From positions 18,104,001-18,168,000 of the forward strand of contig NC_134468.1 of the NCBI RefSeq assembly GCF_964194025.1: a stretch of DNA of 64,000 nt. Reading direction: 5' to 3'. Positions 1-12,724 of this stretch are shown in pieces. How positions within the stretch are numbered: position 1 is the stretch's first letter; each line of letters begins with the position of its first letter. This stretch comes from Convolutriloba macropyga (taxonomy: Eukaryota). The position numbers and the translations under genes were made by a program. Below the pieces are notes generated by a model. It was not told the origin of the DNA and ran no database searches. It saw nothing but the letters and a program-made list of their open reading frames with translations.

Positions 1-3000
1 TTAGGAGGCAAACACCAAATACAACAAAAATAAAAAAACTGCTAGAACAGCAGACCCGAAAAAACAAGCGAAAAAACATCTAGAAGTACTCCTCTAACTG
101 TTAGCTCCGGGACGGTAATTGAGTCAACAACATCAATATCGAACATACTTCAATCTGGTTTACACCCAGTTCGCGTGAAGAATTGCGACCTAGCCAAGTT
201 CGGAAGAAAAGAGGATCAATCTGCTCCCCTTGCTATGTACGCAAACAGGCGACCGGACCATGACACTAGGAAATCCACAGAGGAAAATGTAATTGCTCAT
301 ACTACAAAACTTTGTAAACGCATGCTGCTGAAGCAGCAAAGAAGACAAAAAAACTAATATTGAACAAACTTTACAAATCAGAGTCCTTAAACTGGGAGGT
401 CCAAGCAGACAACACGTGGAAATTCCAATTCTCTGGTCGTAGTCTCAAGCAGCAATTCAAAAATAAAAAAACGCATTGAGTCAAACAAATAACAGACAAA
501 AAGGTGCGTGTATGCATGTCTCAATGAGATAACCAGAAGACATGTACATACCCTCAACCCAAACAAAGAAACCAGTCGTTGAAACGGTGAAAAAAGCGAT
601 TTTGGACTTGAACGCAACAATCGCATCATCTCTGCTCACGTAAAACCAAACTGGCACCTAATTTAAACTATGCAGCACGTTATTGACCTCCGTAAGGATA
701 AGACATTCGCATAAGGGATTGCAAGTGTACTGGACTTGTCAAAAACAAAGAAAAACACCAAAAAATCAGCTTTAGAATCGGAACGCGATTTTACCCTGGT
801 AGGGATTTTCGAAAAAAAACCTTTTATAAGAATGACTTCCGTTTTTTTAATTTTCGGATACACACGATAGTCAAAAAATGAACAATATATTTTTAAGCTG
901 CAAATCAGAACTCATGCATTATACATTAGTCTAGCAAACAGCAGGATCTTATCCATTAGACTTCAAAAACTTACCTACAAAGTCCAATTAGTATAAGTTG
1001 TTATCAATAGTATCATAAAACTCTCAAAACTCTTTGCATAACAAAACTTATTCCTCTCTCTAAACTGTCTTTTGATCATACTCAAAAGTGTTGGCACACT
1101 AAATCGTTTCAATGTAATGCTCTTCAATTTTTTTTATCCACCAAGATGGAGATAATGTACACTCGACTCGTACCATTTAGGTATTTTACGCAATAATCGC
1201 GTTACCAATAAGTTTCGTATTGTACTCGCGCATCGAGTATATGTTCTATAGTGTACGGTGACATATATTATGCACATGACCTCTATTGTTATATATCCTC
1301 AATGCTCACCCAATGCTTCATGGCTTATTGTCTGCCTACGTATATTTATGTCAATTTGTACTCAATCTCTTTAAAAGTTCTGATATAGAACTGTTTCGAT
1401 TCATTTTTTGTAACTTGTTGTCTTTTGTTCCTAATTGTAAAAGTGATAATTAGATAAAAGACGATTCTCGCTTACCGCGTTAATTTATGGCAATATCCAA
1501 GCAACATTTAATTTCGGAAGGTTTTCATGTGCCATAACTCCGCATATAAAAACTGTATCAATCAAGTCTGGACTTCTCATTTGGCTTACGAAGCAACTAG
1601 CCAAATTGTTTTCATTTTTGGAAACACAATCCACTAAAATAGACCAAGCAAGCAAAAACAAACAGAAAACAAGTACAAATGGCATCATAAACAAACCATG
1701 TACCGGAGATCTGTAATCGAATTTGTTATTTTTTTCATCCAAAAAGCTGAGTTGATTTAAATTCAAGAGAATGAAGTAGAAGAAAGCGATCTTTAGTAGA
1801 AATAAATGAGGAAAACATTCAATAGCAAAGAAAAAGTTTAATTTCCCTTGTTTTTGTCTTTTCACAACAAAAATTTGCAAACTATAACTTTGCCAGTAAG
1901 AAAATTTTGTCAACTAAAACCACGATTTATTGCGTAAGTTGACTTATGGAAAAAAATGTCTACCAGAGAGACATTCGATAAAAATACGTTGGAAGATTTT
2001 ACACTGTGACGCAATGGTACACAGACATTTTTTATTAAAACAAAAATATTGGCTAGTGTTTTAAATATTAAATTCAGTATGGACCAGTGTTGCACCGATG
2101 CAACATTGATACAAACAAACCGATAAAAAGATAACTTGCTTACTTTTGTGCTCGCCTTTTCTGATATTCAGATAATTTCTTACAAATTGGTCAAAAATGT
2201 TACCATTTTGCTTGATCCGATATAAAAATCTGAATTCAGGCTGCTTGTAGAAGTCAATTAAGACAAAAATTTGCTGATCAAAATTGTGTGGAGATTGTTT
2301 TCACATTTCGCAAATCTTCAGCTCAAGAATAAAAAACAATAGCTGCTTAAGAAAGAAAAAGCGCGACATAATTTTTCTAATTCAAAATTGTTGTACTGAA
2401 AAATTATTGTAGAGTGAATTGGAAAATTGTAGGCAAATTTGGACCAAACTGTGACCTCCGCTACTTGATGAAAAAAAAAATAGTTTATAAAAACACTTTG
2501 ATTACAAAATTCAATGATTACAGGGCTTTCTAATGATTTTATCTATTGTAATGATTTTATCTTTCTACTTGTAATATATCAATCGTCAAAAATTACTGAA
2601 TAAATGAAAACTCAATAGTTGAGCACATAGTTAATTGCAATTGGTTGGTTTTTCATAAACTTCAATCCCTCATATAGCAATCGGAACGTGATCAAATTGC
2701 TGAGCAATGAAAGTCAAAAACTGTTCAAGTTTCTTTTTGAAATGATTTCATGCTTGATTAGGGTTTTCGCTTTTCAGTCTCACGTGTTTCAAGTCTTTAT
2801 CGTCAAAAATGTGCATTCTAGTCAAAGAGGAAATCTAGATCTAAGTATATTTCAAATTTGGTACTGAAGTAAACTTTTCCGTAAACTTATCATTACGACT
2901 AATGAATGATGTGGTGTCAGAGTACAAAGAGTATAAATGTGAGCATATATTTTAGTTATATTTTTGGATTGAGGGAAGAATTGTGCGTAAGTCCAGTGCT

Positions 3001-4461
3001 TCAAAATTTTGTCCAAAATATATTTATCCGGGTCTTGGTCGTGAGTTGGAACAGCCTACCAGAAATGCAATCCAACATTTACTAACGCGAGAATGAATTC
3101 GCTAATTATGAGCTAGCTCTAAAAAGTCTCAAAAACGTGAGAGAAAACTTGTTTTAACCATGTTTTATCGAAGCACTTCTGTTCAAACAGTTTTCATCAT
3201 TTAAAATTGGTTTCACGCAACGCCAACTTGAGGCGCGGCGTGTTCTTGTTTTTTGGCAATTGAGACCACCTGGCGAAAACTATTATAACCATTAACAAAC
3301 GGTCTTAATTATCTTATCATTACTAGCCGCTGTCACGTTTGCATAATCTCTGTCAGTCAAAAACAGCACAAAAGAAATTTTGATAGGCCTATAGCCGTTT
3401 AAATGGCCACAAACATATCATATTAAGCGGCCAATTTATATATACTCGCTCAGCTAATTTGTCAGAAAATTGATATACACAAGGAGAAAAAAATAGGGTT
3501 CAGCATGCCCTATAGTGTTTCATTTTCGACTACCATCCATCCATTTTTTACAATGACCCTTTTTAAACGATAGATAAAAAAAATCGATTGTCTTAGAAGT
3601 AAAATAACAGGACAAATTATTATTCTGTATAAAAAAATATGCACTCACATTCGTAAAAAAATTAAAAATAATGATAACCTTAGTTCTAATTCATCTTGGT
3701 CATGATGATACTATCATTTGTCACTTTCATCCAGGGAGTGCTGTGTGACTACAAAGAAGCAAACAGACATCCAATAAATTTATAACTCCCACAAATTGGC
3801 AAGTATTAATCAGAAATCAACAGTATTTATTCTGATTATCTCATAGTTCAAAACACAGGACTCTTGTCTAAAGATCCTTGGCACTAACAACCAGCTCCCG
3901 GTTGCTGTCTGTTCTGACAATTATGCAAGAAATACGCAGATAGCCACTGAAAAATATTCTTCAGTTGAGAAATCTTAAATAACTATACGCTATATGAAAA
4001 AAGTAACAATTTTTAACACAGTAAGCAAAAATGTGGGTACAATTTTTCCGCTTAAAAACAAAATTTTCAGCAGCTATTATCGCATGTCAATCGCTAAAAT
4101 AATATTGCAAAACGATACAATTATGTTATAACATTAAAGAATGCGTTTCGGAACAGTTCTCGGCTTTATTAAACCGCTACAAGACTGCAAAGATGCAGTC
4201 ACTTTTGTTGCAAGAACGCGTATATACTTTTTGTTCCGACCTCACGTAGGGGTACTCAAATGGATTTTTTTTTGTTCAGTCAATTTTGGCCGATCGATAT
4301 ATTCATCATAGAGAAATGTGAGTGTGAGTGGTATCATTAAAAAGCTCGTCCCGCGTAGAGTTGGGAACTAAAAAGATTTTTTTTGAATTTCGTTTTTTCG
4401 AGGAGTTATCGAGGATTGAAGTTTTGCGTGAACACGTGATGTCTGGCATAATTTTGTTCAA

Positions 4462-7400
4462 TTTTTTGTTCAAACTAAGATTTTTTCTATAAAAAAATAT
4501 TAATTCAAAATTACATTTTCTGCTACAAATGGAAAAATCTTGTGATTCTAACAGACGAAAGGCCATAAAGGGGTAGTTTTTGTTTCATAGGGATGCATAC
4601 TATAAAAAAAGTTCGATATTTTTGAGAGCTGATTTCTTAAAACCATTTCATGATTTTACTAATTTGTTTTTTTCAATACACTTGGAGACTAGACACTTTC
4701 AAAATCCAGGTTGTGTTCATGGCAAACCTCATTTACAGTCAAATAATGCCCAAAAAACAAAAAATTTGTTTTTAAGGAATCGACAATTTTTTTATGGCTC
4801 CGATCCTGAATTTTAGAATTTTTTTTAAATTTTGATTTTCTTTTCGAGATTCTAATAAGATTTTGTAGCTCTATGACATAGATTCGTTGACTAGAAGTGC
4901 AATTAGCTTCCTAAATAGCATTAAGCGAACCTATGTAGTAATTTGAGGGGACAGCCAATGGCTGTTAAGACTTAAAAAATAATTTTTCGAAAGAAAATTT
5001 TTTAACAAAATTTTTATTTACTCTTTGAAAGCTTACTAAATTGTTGGAGTCCTATGGCATAGACTCGTTGACTGAAAAAAACAATAGGCTTTTTAAGGAA
5101 CAGTAAGAGAACTACCTAGTAACTTGAGTGGACAGCTAATGTCTGTTAAGACTTTAAAAATAGTTTTTCGAAGAAAAATATTTTAATGAATTTTTGATTT
5201 CCCTTTTGGAAATTTTACTAAATTTTCGGAGTCCTAAGGCATCAACTCACTGACTAAAAGTTCAATAACTGCCTGATGAATTTAAAGTGAACCTATATTG
5301 TGCTTTAAGTGGACAGCTAATTGCTGTAAGGAATTTTAAAAAATTTGAAAAAAATTTTTGAACAATATTCTATAAATTTATTTTTGTGAACGATAGGTCA
5401 ATCTCAGTAAGGACAAACCCCCTTCCGGTTTACTAGAGCCACAATTTTGCAGTTGAAGGTTTTATCTTCTAACTTTTGGCACCATGACTTCGATGCCACA
5501 AGTTTTCAAAATTTTTTAAAAAATTTTTTGCTTATTTTCTGGCAAATTTGTTTCTTTTTGAAATCTTACCATATTATCCTTATATTGATAGTTAGCATTG
5601 GCTGAGAGAAGCCGTTCATTGGATTATAAAGAAAGTGTTCAGAGAAAGCTGATAGTTTAAATGTCTTCGACAATTTCTTCTCGCACTTTTCTACTGATTT
5701 TTTTTGTTTTTGCCTGTATTTGTTGTTGTTTTCATAGTCATCGGACTTTTTGCGATGTCGTCTTGATGAAATAAAGTTGTCTTTAGTGTCTTCTCATTGA
5801 GCATTGAGGCACAACTTAGCATATTTAAAGGCTGTTGAAAGCCCGTTGAAAGCAATTGAATTTAATGGCTGTTGAGACTTCAAATATCATTTCTTGAAAA
5901 AATGTTTTGAACATTGAACGATCCCAAACGTATTTTCTTGAACTCCAAGTCAGTCTCACTATTGAAAGGACCCCTTTTCATTGCAACCAAAATTAATCTG
6001 GTTAGCGGTTTAACCTTCTAACTGTTGTCTTTAAGACTTGGATGGTACGAAATTTCATATTTTTTTTTTAATTTTTGGTTATTTTTTTTCATAATTGTGG
6101 ATTCTTTTGGACTCTTACCATGTTGTCTTATTGTTTGCAGTTCCCTCTGGAACAGAGAAGACTTGACATAGATCAAAGATAAAGTTTGCAGAGAAAACAG
6201 TATTGTTCTAATGGCTTCGACACTGTCTTCTCACTTTTTTCTACTGGTTTTTGCCTGCATTCGTTGTCGTTTTCATAGTCCTACGACTTGTTGTGATGAA
6301 TTATTTTTGGTTTAAGAATGAAAAAAATTATTGCCTTCTCAGGGAAGCGTAACTTATTCTAACTTATTTTTTATTGTTTTCCGTTGAAAGCTATGGAATT
6401 TAATGGCTTTGATATTACGGGTTTCTCAAAAACTTCGTGATTTTAATATATTTGCTTTTATTTGTTGGTTTTTTCAAGTCACATAAGTACAAAAAACAAT
6501 ATTTTTGTTGAAAATTTATTTGAACATATAAATGTTTTTATTGATTGATTCACTTTTTATTGGCCTCGACAATTTTATCTCTCATTTTTTTTCAATTTGC
6601 TGTTTTTGCCTGTTTTATGTTCTGTACGTAATCGTAAAGAGTCTAGAGGTCTCATAAGCCTCTGCTTGAGTGTTGAATGGATGAGGTTACTCAATGCAGT
6701 AGATTTACGGCAAATAGACTTAAATTTTATGAGAACACTTATTTTCCAACGTTTTTTTTTAACTTAGTTTTTGCTGTTATATTTGTCAACCCGTATCTAA
6801 TTCTCAACATCGGGAGGCCACATTCACTTCCCCGTAATTCGAATATCAAATCTGCTATTTATATTACGTCGTGAATGATGTTTTTTGTTTTAAAAAATGC
6901 CTTTTCATAAAATTTTTGTTAGTGGTGAATATCTGTCTTCCTTTCTCTTCTTTAAGCTCATTCTCGTAATGACAGATCCAAATGATTTTCAAATAAGGTC
7001 CAAGTGAACATGTTTATTCTTTCAGTATAGCTTTAACTATAATAGTTTAATTAACAATTGAGGTAAAAACATAATATTCAGATAACATCGAAAGGTTTCA
7101 ATGGCTTCAATAATTTGTTTTTGCGATTTGTGTGAAATTTTAACCAAAGGCAGATTCTATTGGCTTTGTAATAACTTTTTAGTAAACTTATTAATAATTT
7201 TGTTGAAAATTAAATGTTTCTAAGACGTTTGTAAAAACTTGTTTTAAAAAATTTTGGTTGAATTTTGAATTTCGCCTGATTATTGTTTTTTTGTGAAGTT
7301 GTTACTTAATCTCATTAACATGAAATCCCATACGCTTTGTAGTAACGAAAAGATAAACTTGTGTAGTTAAATTTTCTTCTGATTGTATTTTGACATTGTT

Positions 7401-10400
7401 AATAGGTGCTTTTCAAATTAGATGTTTTATTTTTCAGTAAAACATGTTTTTTTTTCATTGTGCCTATTTTGTTGTATATTTTTTTCTCCCATAGTCTGAT
7501 TAAGGGTGGCAGTTCTCGTGAGTGCTGTAATGAGGAATGGCATTATTTAATTCTTTTAGTAGTTTGTGTAACTTTTTTAAACTATAAGATCTATTTTTGA
7601 TTATATCTCTTTTTTGTTCCAATTAAGATTTTTTCTACAAAAAATATTAATTCCAAATTACATTTTCTGCTACAAATGGAACATTTTTGCGATTCCAATT
7701 GACGAAAGGTCATAAAAGGGGTAGTTTTCGTTTCATTGGGATGTTTACTATAAAATAAATCGATGTTTTTGAGAGCTGATTTTTCAAAACCATTTCATGA
7801 TTTTATTAGTTTCTTTTTCTCAATCCACTTGGAGACTAGACACTTTCAAAATCCAGTTTGTGTTCATGACAAACCTCATTTACAGTCAAATATTGCCCAA
7901 AAAACAAATAATTCGTTTTTAAGGAATCGACCATTTTTTTATGGCTCCGATCCTGAATTTTAGAGTTTTTTTTAATTTTGATTTTTTTTGAGATTCCAAT
8001 AAGATTTTGTAGCTCTATGACATACATTCGTTGACTAGAAGTGCAATAAGCTTCCTAAATAGCATTAAGCGAACCTATGTAGTAACTTGAGGGGACAACC
8101 AATGGCTGTTAAAACTTAAAAAAAAATTTTTCGAAAGAAAATTTTTTAACAAAATTTTTATTTACTCTTTGAAAGTTTACTAAATTGTCGGAGTCCTATG
8201 GCATAGACTCGTTGACTGAAAAAACAATAGGTTTTTTCTTAAAGAACAGTAAGAGAAGTACCTAGTAACTCGAGTGGACAGCTAATGTCTGTTAAGACTT
8301 TAAAAATATCTTTTCGAAAAATATTTTAATGAAGTTTTGATTTCCTTTTTGGAAATTTTACTAAATTTTCGGAGTCCTATTGCATCAACTCGGTGATTAA
8401 AAGTTCAATAACTACCTGATGATTTTTAAGTGAACCTATATTGTGCTTTGAGTGGACAACTAATGGCTAAAAAGAATTTTAAAAAATTTGAAAAAATATT
8501 TTGAACAATATTCGATAAATTTATTTTTGTGAACGGTAGGTCAATCTCAGTAAGGACAAACCCCCTTCCGTTTTACTAGAGCCACAATTTTGCAGTTGAA
8601 GGTTTTATCTTCTAACTTTTGGCACCATGACTTCGATGCCACAAGTTTTCAAAGTTTTTAAAAAAATTTTTTGCTAATTTTCTGGTAAATTTGTTTCCTT
8701 TGAAATCTTATCACAATATCCTTATATTGATAGCTATCATTAGCTAAGAGAAGTCGTTCATTGGATTATAAAAAAATTGTTCAGAAAGCTGATAGTTTAA
8801 ATGTCTTCGACAATTTCTTTTCGCACTTTTCTATTGATTTTTTTGTTTTTGCCTGTATTTGTTGTTTTCATAGTCATCGCACTGTTTGCGATGTCGTCTT
8901 GATGAAATAAAGTTGTCATTGGTGTCTTCCCATTGAGCATTGAGGCATAACTTAGCATGTTTATTGACTTCCGTTGAAAGCAATTGAATTTAATGGCTGT
9001 TCAGACTTCAAATATAATTTCTTGAAAAAATTTTTTGATTATTTAACGTTTTTAAACTTATTTTCTTGAACTCCGAGTCAGTCTCACTATTGAAAGGACC
9101 CCTTTCTATTGCAACCAAAATTAATCTGTTTAGCGGTCTGACCTTCTAACTGTTGTCTTTAAGACATGGATGGTACGAATTTTCATAATTTTTTTTAATT
9201 TTTGGTTACTTTTTTTCATAATTTTGGATTCTTTTGGAATTTTACCATGTTGTCTTATTGTTTGCAGTTCCCACTGGAACAGTGAAGACTTGACATAGAT
9301 CAAAGATAAAGTTTGCAGAGAAAACAGTATGGTTTTAATGGCTTCGACACTGTCTTCTCACTTTTTTCTCCTGGTTTTTGGTCTTTGCCTGCATTCGTTG
9401 TCGTTTTCATAGTCTTACGACTTATTGTGATGAATTATTTTTGGTTTAAGAATAAAAAAAAATATTGCTTTCTCACGGAAGCGTAACTTATTCTAACTTA
9501 TTTTTTATTGTTTTCCGTTTAAAGCTGTTGAATTTAATGGCTTTGATATTACGGGTTTCTCAAAAACTTCGTGATTTTAATATATTTACTTTTATTTGTT
9601 GGTTTTTTAAAGTCATATTAGTACAAAAAACAATAACTTTTTTGTTGAAAATTTATTTGAACAAATAAATGTTCTTATTGATTGGTTCATTTTTTAATGG
9701 CTTCGACACTTTTATCTCTCATTTTTTTCAATTTGCTGTTTTTGCCTATTTTATGTTCTGTACGTAGTCGTAAAGAGCTTAGAGGTCTCATAAGCCTCAG
9801 AGTCCTATTGCATCAACTCGGTGATTAAAAGTTCAATAACTGCCTGATGATTTTTAAAAGAACCTATATTGTGCTTTGAGTAGACAACTAATGGCTAAAA
9901 AGAATTTAAAAAAATTTGAAAAAATTTTTTGAACAATATTCGATAAATTTATTTTTGTGAACGGTAGGTCAATCTCAGTAAGGACAAACCCCCTTCCGTT
10001 TTACTACAGCCACAATTTTTCAGTTGAAGGTTTTATCTTCTAACTTTTGGCACCATGACTTCGATGCCACAAGTTTTCAAAATTTAAAAAAAAAAATTTT
10101 TGCTTATTTTCTGGCAAATTTGTTTCCTTTTGAAATCTTATCAGATTATCCTGATATTGATAGCTATCATTAGCTGAGAGAAGTTGTTCATTGGATTACA
10201 AAAAAAGTGTTCAGAAAACTGATAGTTTAAATGTCTTTGACAATTTCTTTCGCACTTTTTTACTGATTTTTTTGTTTCTGCCTGTGTTTGTTGTTGTTTT
10301 CATAGTCATCGCACTGTTTGCGATGTCGTCTTGATGAAAAAAAGAAGTCATTGGTGTCTTCCCATTGAGCATTGAGGCATAACTTAGCTTGTTTATTGAT

Positions 10401-12186
10401 TTCCGTTGAAAGCAATTAAATTTAATGGCTGTTGAGACTTCAAATATAATTTCTTGAAAAAATTTTTTGAACATTTAACGATTTTAAACTTATTTTCTTG
10501 AACTCCGAGTCAGTCTCACTATTGAAAGGACCCCTTTCTATTGCAACCAAAATTAATCTGTTTAGCGGTTTGACCTTCTAACTGTTGTCTTTAAGACATG
10601 GATGGTACGAAGTTTCATAATTTTTTTTAAATTTTTGGTTACTTTTTTTCATAATTTTGGATTCTTTTGGAATCTTACCATGTTGTCTTATTGTTTGCAG
10701 TTCCCACTGGAACAGTGAAGACTTGACATAGATCAAAGATAAAGTTTGCAGAGAAAACAGTATGGTTTTAATGGCTTCGACACTGTCTTCTCAATTTTTT
10801 CTACTGGATTTTGGTTTTTGCTTGCATTCGTTGTCGTTTTCATAGTCTTACGACTTATTGTGATGAATTATTTCTGGTTTAAGAATGAAAACAATTATTG
10901 AGTTCTCACGGAAGCGTAACTTATTCTAACTCTTTTTTTAATGTTTTTCCGTTGAAAACTATTGAATTTAATGGCTTTGATATTACGGGTTTCTCAAAAA
11001 CTTCGTGATTTTAATATATTTGCTTTTATTTGTTGGTTTTTAAAGTCATATTAGTACAAAAAAATAATATTTTTGTTGAAAATTTATTTGAACTTATAAA
11101 TGTTTTTATTGATTGGTTCATTTTTTAATGGCTTCGACACTTTTATCTCTCATTTTTTTCAATTTGCTGTTTTTGCCTGTTTTATGTTCTGTACGTAGTC
11201 GTAAAGAGCTTAGAGGTCTCATAAGCCTCTGCTTGAGTGTTGAATGGATGAAGTTACTCAATGCAGTAGATTTACGGCAAAGAGCCTGAAATTTTATGAG
11301 GTTAATTATTTTCAAAGGTTTTTTTAACTTAGTTTTTGCTGTTATAATTGTCAACCTGTATCTAATTCTCTACATCGAGAGGCCACATCCACTTCCCCGT
11401 AATTCGAATATTAAATCTGCTATTTATATTACGTCGTCAATGATGTTTTTTGTTGTACAATATGCCTTTTCATAATGTTTTTGTTAGTGGTGAATATCTG
11501 TCTTCCTTTCTCTTCTTTAAGCTCATTCACGTAATGACAGATCCAAATGATTTTCAAATAAGGTCCAAGTGAACATGTTTATTCTTTCAGTATAGCTTTA
11601 ACTATAATAGTTTAATTATCAATTGAAATAAAAACATAATATTCAGATAACATGGAAAGGTTTCAATGGCTTTAATAATTTGTTTTTGCGATTTGTTTGA
11701 AATTTTAACCAAAGGCAGATTCTATTGGCTTTGTAATGAGTTTTTAGTAAACTTATTATTATTTTTGTTGAAACCTAATGTTTTCTAGGACTTTTGTAAA
11801 AACTTGGTTTAAAAAATTTTGGTTGATTTTTGAATTTCGCCTGATTATTGCTTTTTTGTCAACTTGTTACTTAGTCTCATTAATATAAAATCCCAGTAAC
11901 GAAAAGATAAACTTGTGTAGTAACGAAAAGATAAACTTGTGTAGTTAGGTTTTCTTCTGATTGTAATTTGACATTGTTACTAGGTGCTTTTAAAATTAGA
12001 TGTTTTAGTTTTGCCGTAAAATATGTCTTTTTTTCATTTTGCCTATTTTGTTGTATATTTTTTTCTCCCATAGTCTGATTAAGGGTGGCAGTTCTCGTGA
12101 GTGCTGTAATGAGGAATGGCATTATTTAATTCATTTAGTAGTTTGTGTAACTTTTTTAAACTTTAAGATCTATTTTTGATTATATC
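4462..12186. repeat. Head-to-tail duplication: unit 1 4462-7607 (~3.15 kb), unit 2 7610-12186 (~4.58 kb, includes an extra 1.43-kb duplication)
   Basis: Both units start TTTTTTGTTC.AA.TAAGATTTTTTCTA and end TAAGATCTATTTTTGATTATATC. Paralogous spurious ORFs 4580-4816 and 7763-7963 are nearly identical. Confidence 0.95.
8372..11229. repeat. 1.43-kb tandem duplication (8372-9798 / 9800-11229) nested in unit 2
   Basis: At 9798/9800 ...GGTCTCATAAGCCTC jumps back to GAGTCCTATTGCATCAACTCGGTGATTAA, first seen at 8372. Confidence 0.95.
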
Positions 12187-12525
12187 AATATTTGACAGTA
12201 TCAATAATTTGACAGTTATGTCTGAAATGTACATGAGCGCGGGTCGGAACATCATATGCGAACGCACATCAACGAGCCTCCTTGTTTAGTTTATACAAAT
12301 AAACAATTGCTTGCAGATAAGAAGATAAGAATGAGCTCGCCTAAATCAAATATTTATTGCTCACCCCATTATTTAATCGAAGACCAGGTTTAAAAACTTT
12401 AATTTTTTAAAATCTTGGTACTTTTAGTAAAAAAATTCTCAATCTGCTTGAAAGCGTCTCAAAAAATGTTAAAATGATCAATATACGATTAGAAATTATA
12501 GCTGAGGGTCTTTCAAAGAGAAATC

Positions 12526-12724
12526 GGATCTAATCTGTTTTGCCCCCACTCCCAGCTTGGTGGGCTTATATATTTTACGTCCCCCCCCATCTTAATGGGC
12601 TTACATCTTTCACGACCCCTAGGCGCACGTGCTCTTTTTTTACATAGCAACGTGCTATATAAGAACATATAAATTGTAACCGGGGGCGTATAAAACACTG
12701 GGGGGGGCAAAACAGAATAGATCC
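12526..12724. mobile_element. MITE-like element, ~200 bp, 22-bp terminal inverted repeats
   Basis: GGATCTAATCTGTTTTGCCCCC (12526-12547) vs GGGGGCAAAACAGAATAGATCC (12703-12724), 1 mismatch. No clear TSD, so superfamily not assigned. Confidence 0.65.

Larger units (their letters stand above)
4228..12287 (+). mobile_element. Non-autonomous Helentron/DINE-1-like element (family 1), ~8.06 kb, expanded by internal tandem arrays
   Basis: T-run then subTIR TGTTCCGACC (4232-4241). Reverse complement GGTCGGAACA at 12242-12251, then hairpin TGCG-AA-CGCA (12257-12266) and CTTGTTT end. The 5' core (GGTATCATTAAAAAGCTCGT...GAGTTATCGAGG) is shared with the copies at 25543, 17354 and 63241. No coding capacity. 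Confidence 0.75.

Noticed and set aside
1-1480. Possible LTR-retroelement remnant (PBS-like TAGGTGCCAG on minus near 651-660; LTR-like composition at ~1160-1480)
   Set aside because: No paired LTR, TSD or retroelement protein motif visible in the window.
4306-12122. Recurrent short ORFs (e.g. 4580-4816, 7763-7963, 10211-10474)
   Set aside because: They recur only because the DNA is duplicated. They are F/K/L/N-rich, start and stop differently among copies, and show no protein motifs.
4462-12186. CRISPR-like array
   Set aside because: Long degenerate tandem units, no short constant repeat with unique spacers, no cas genes, eukaryotic context.
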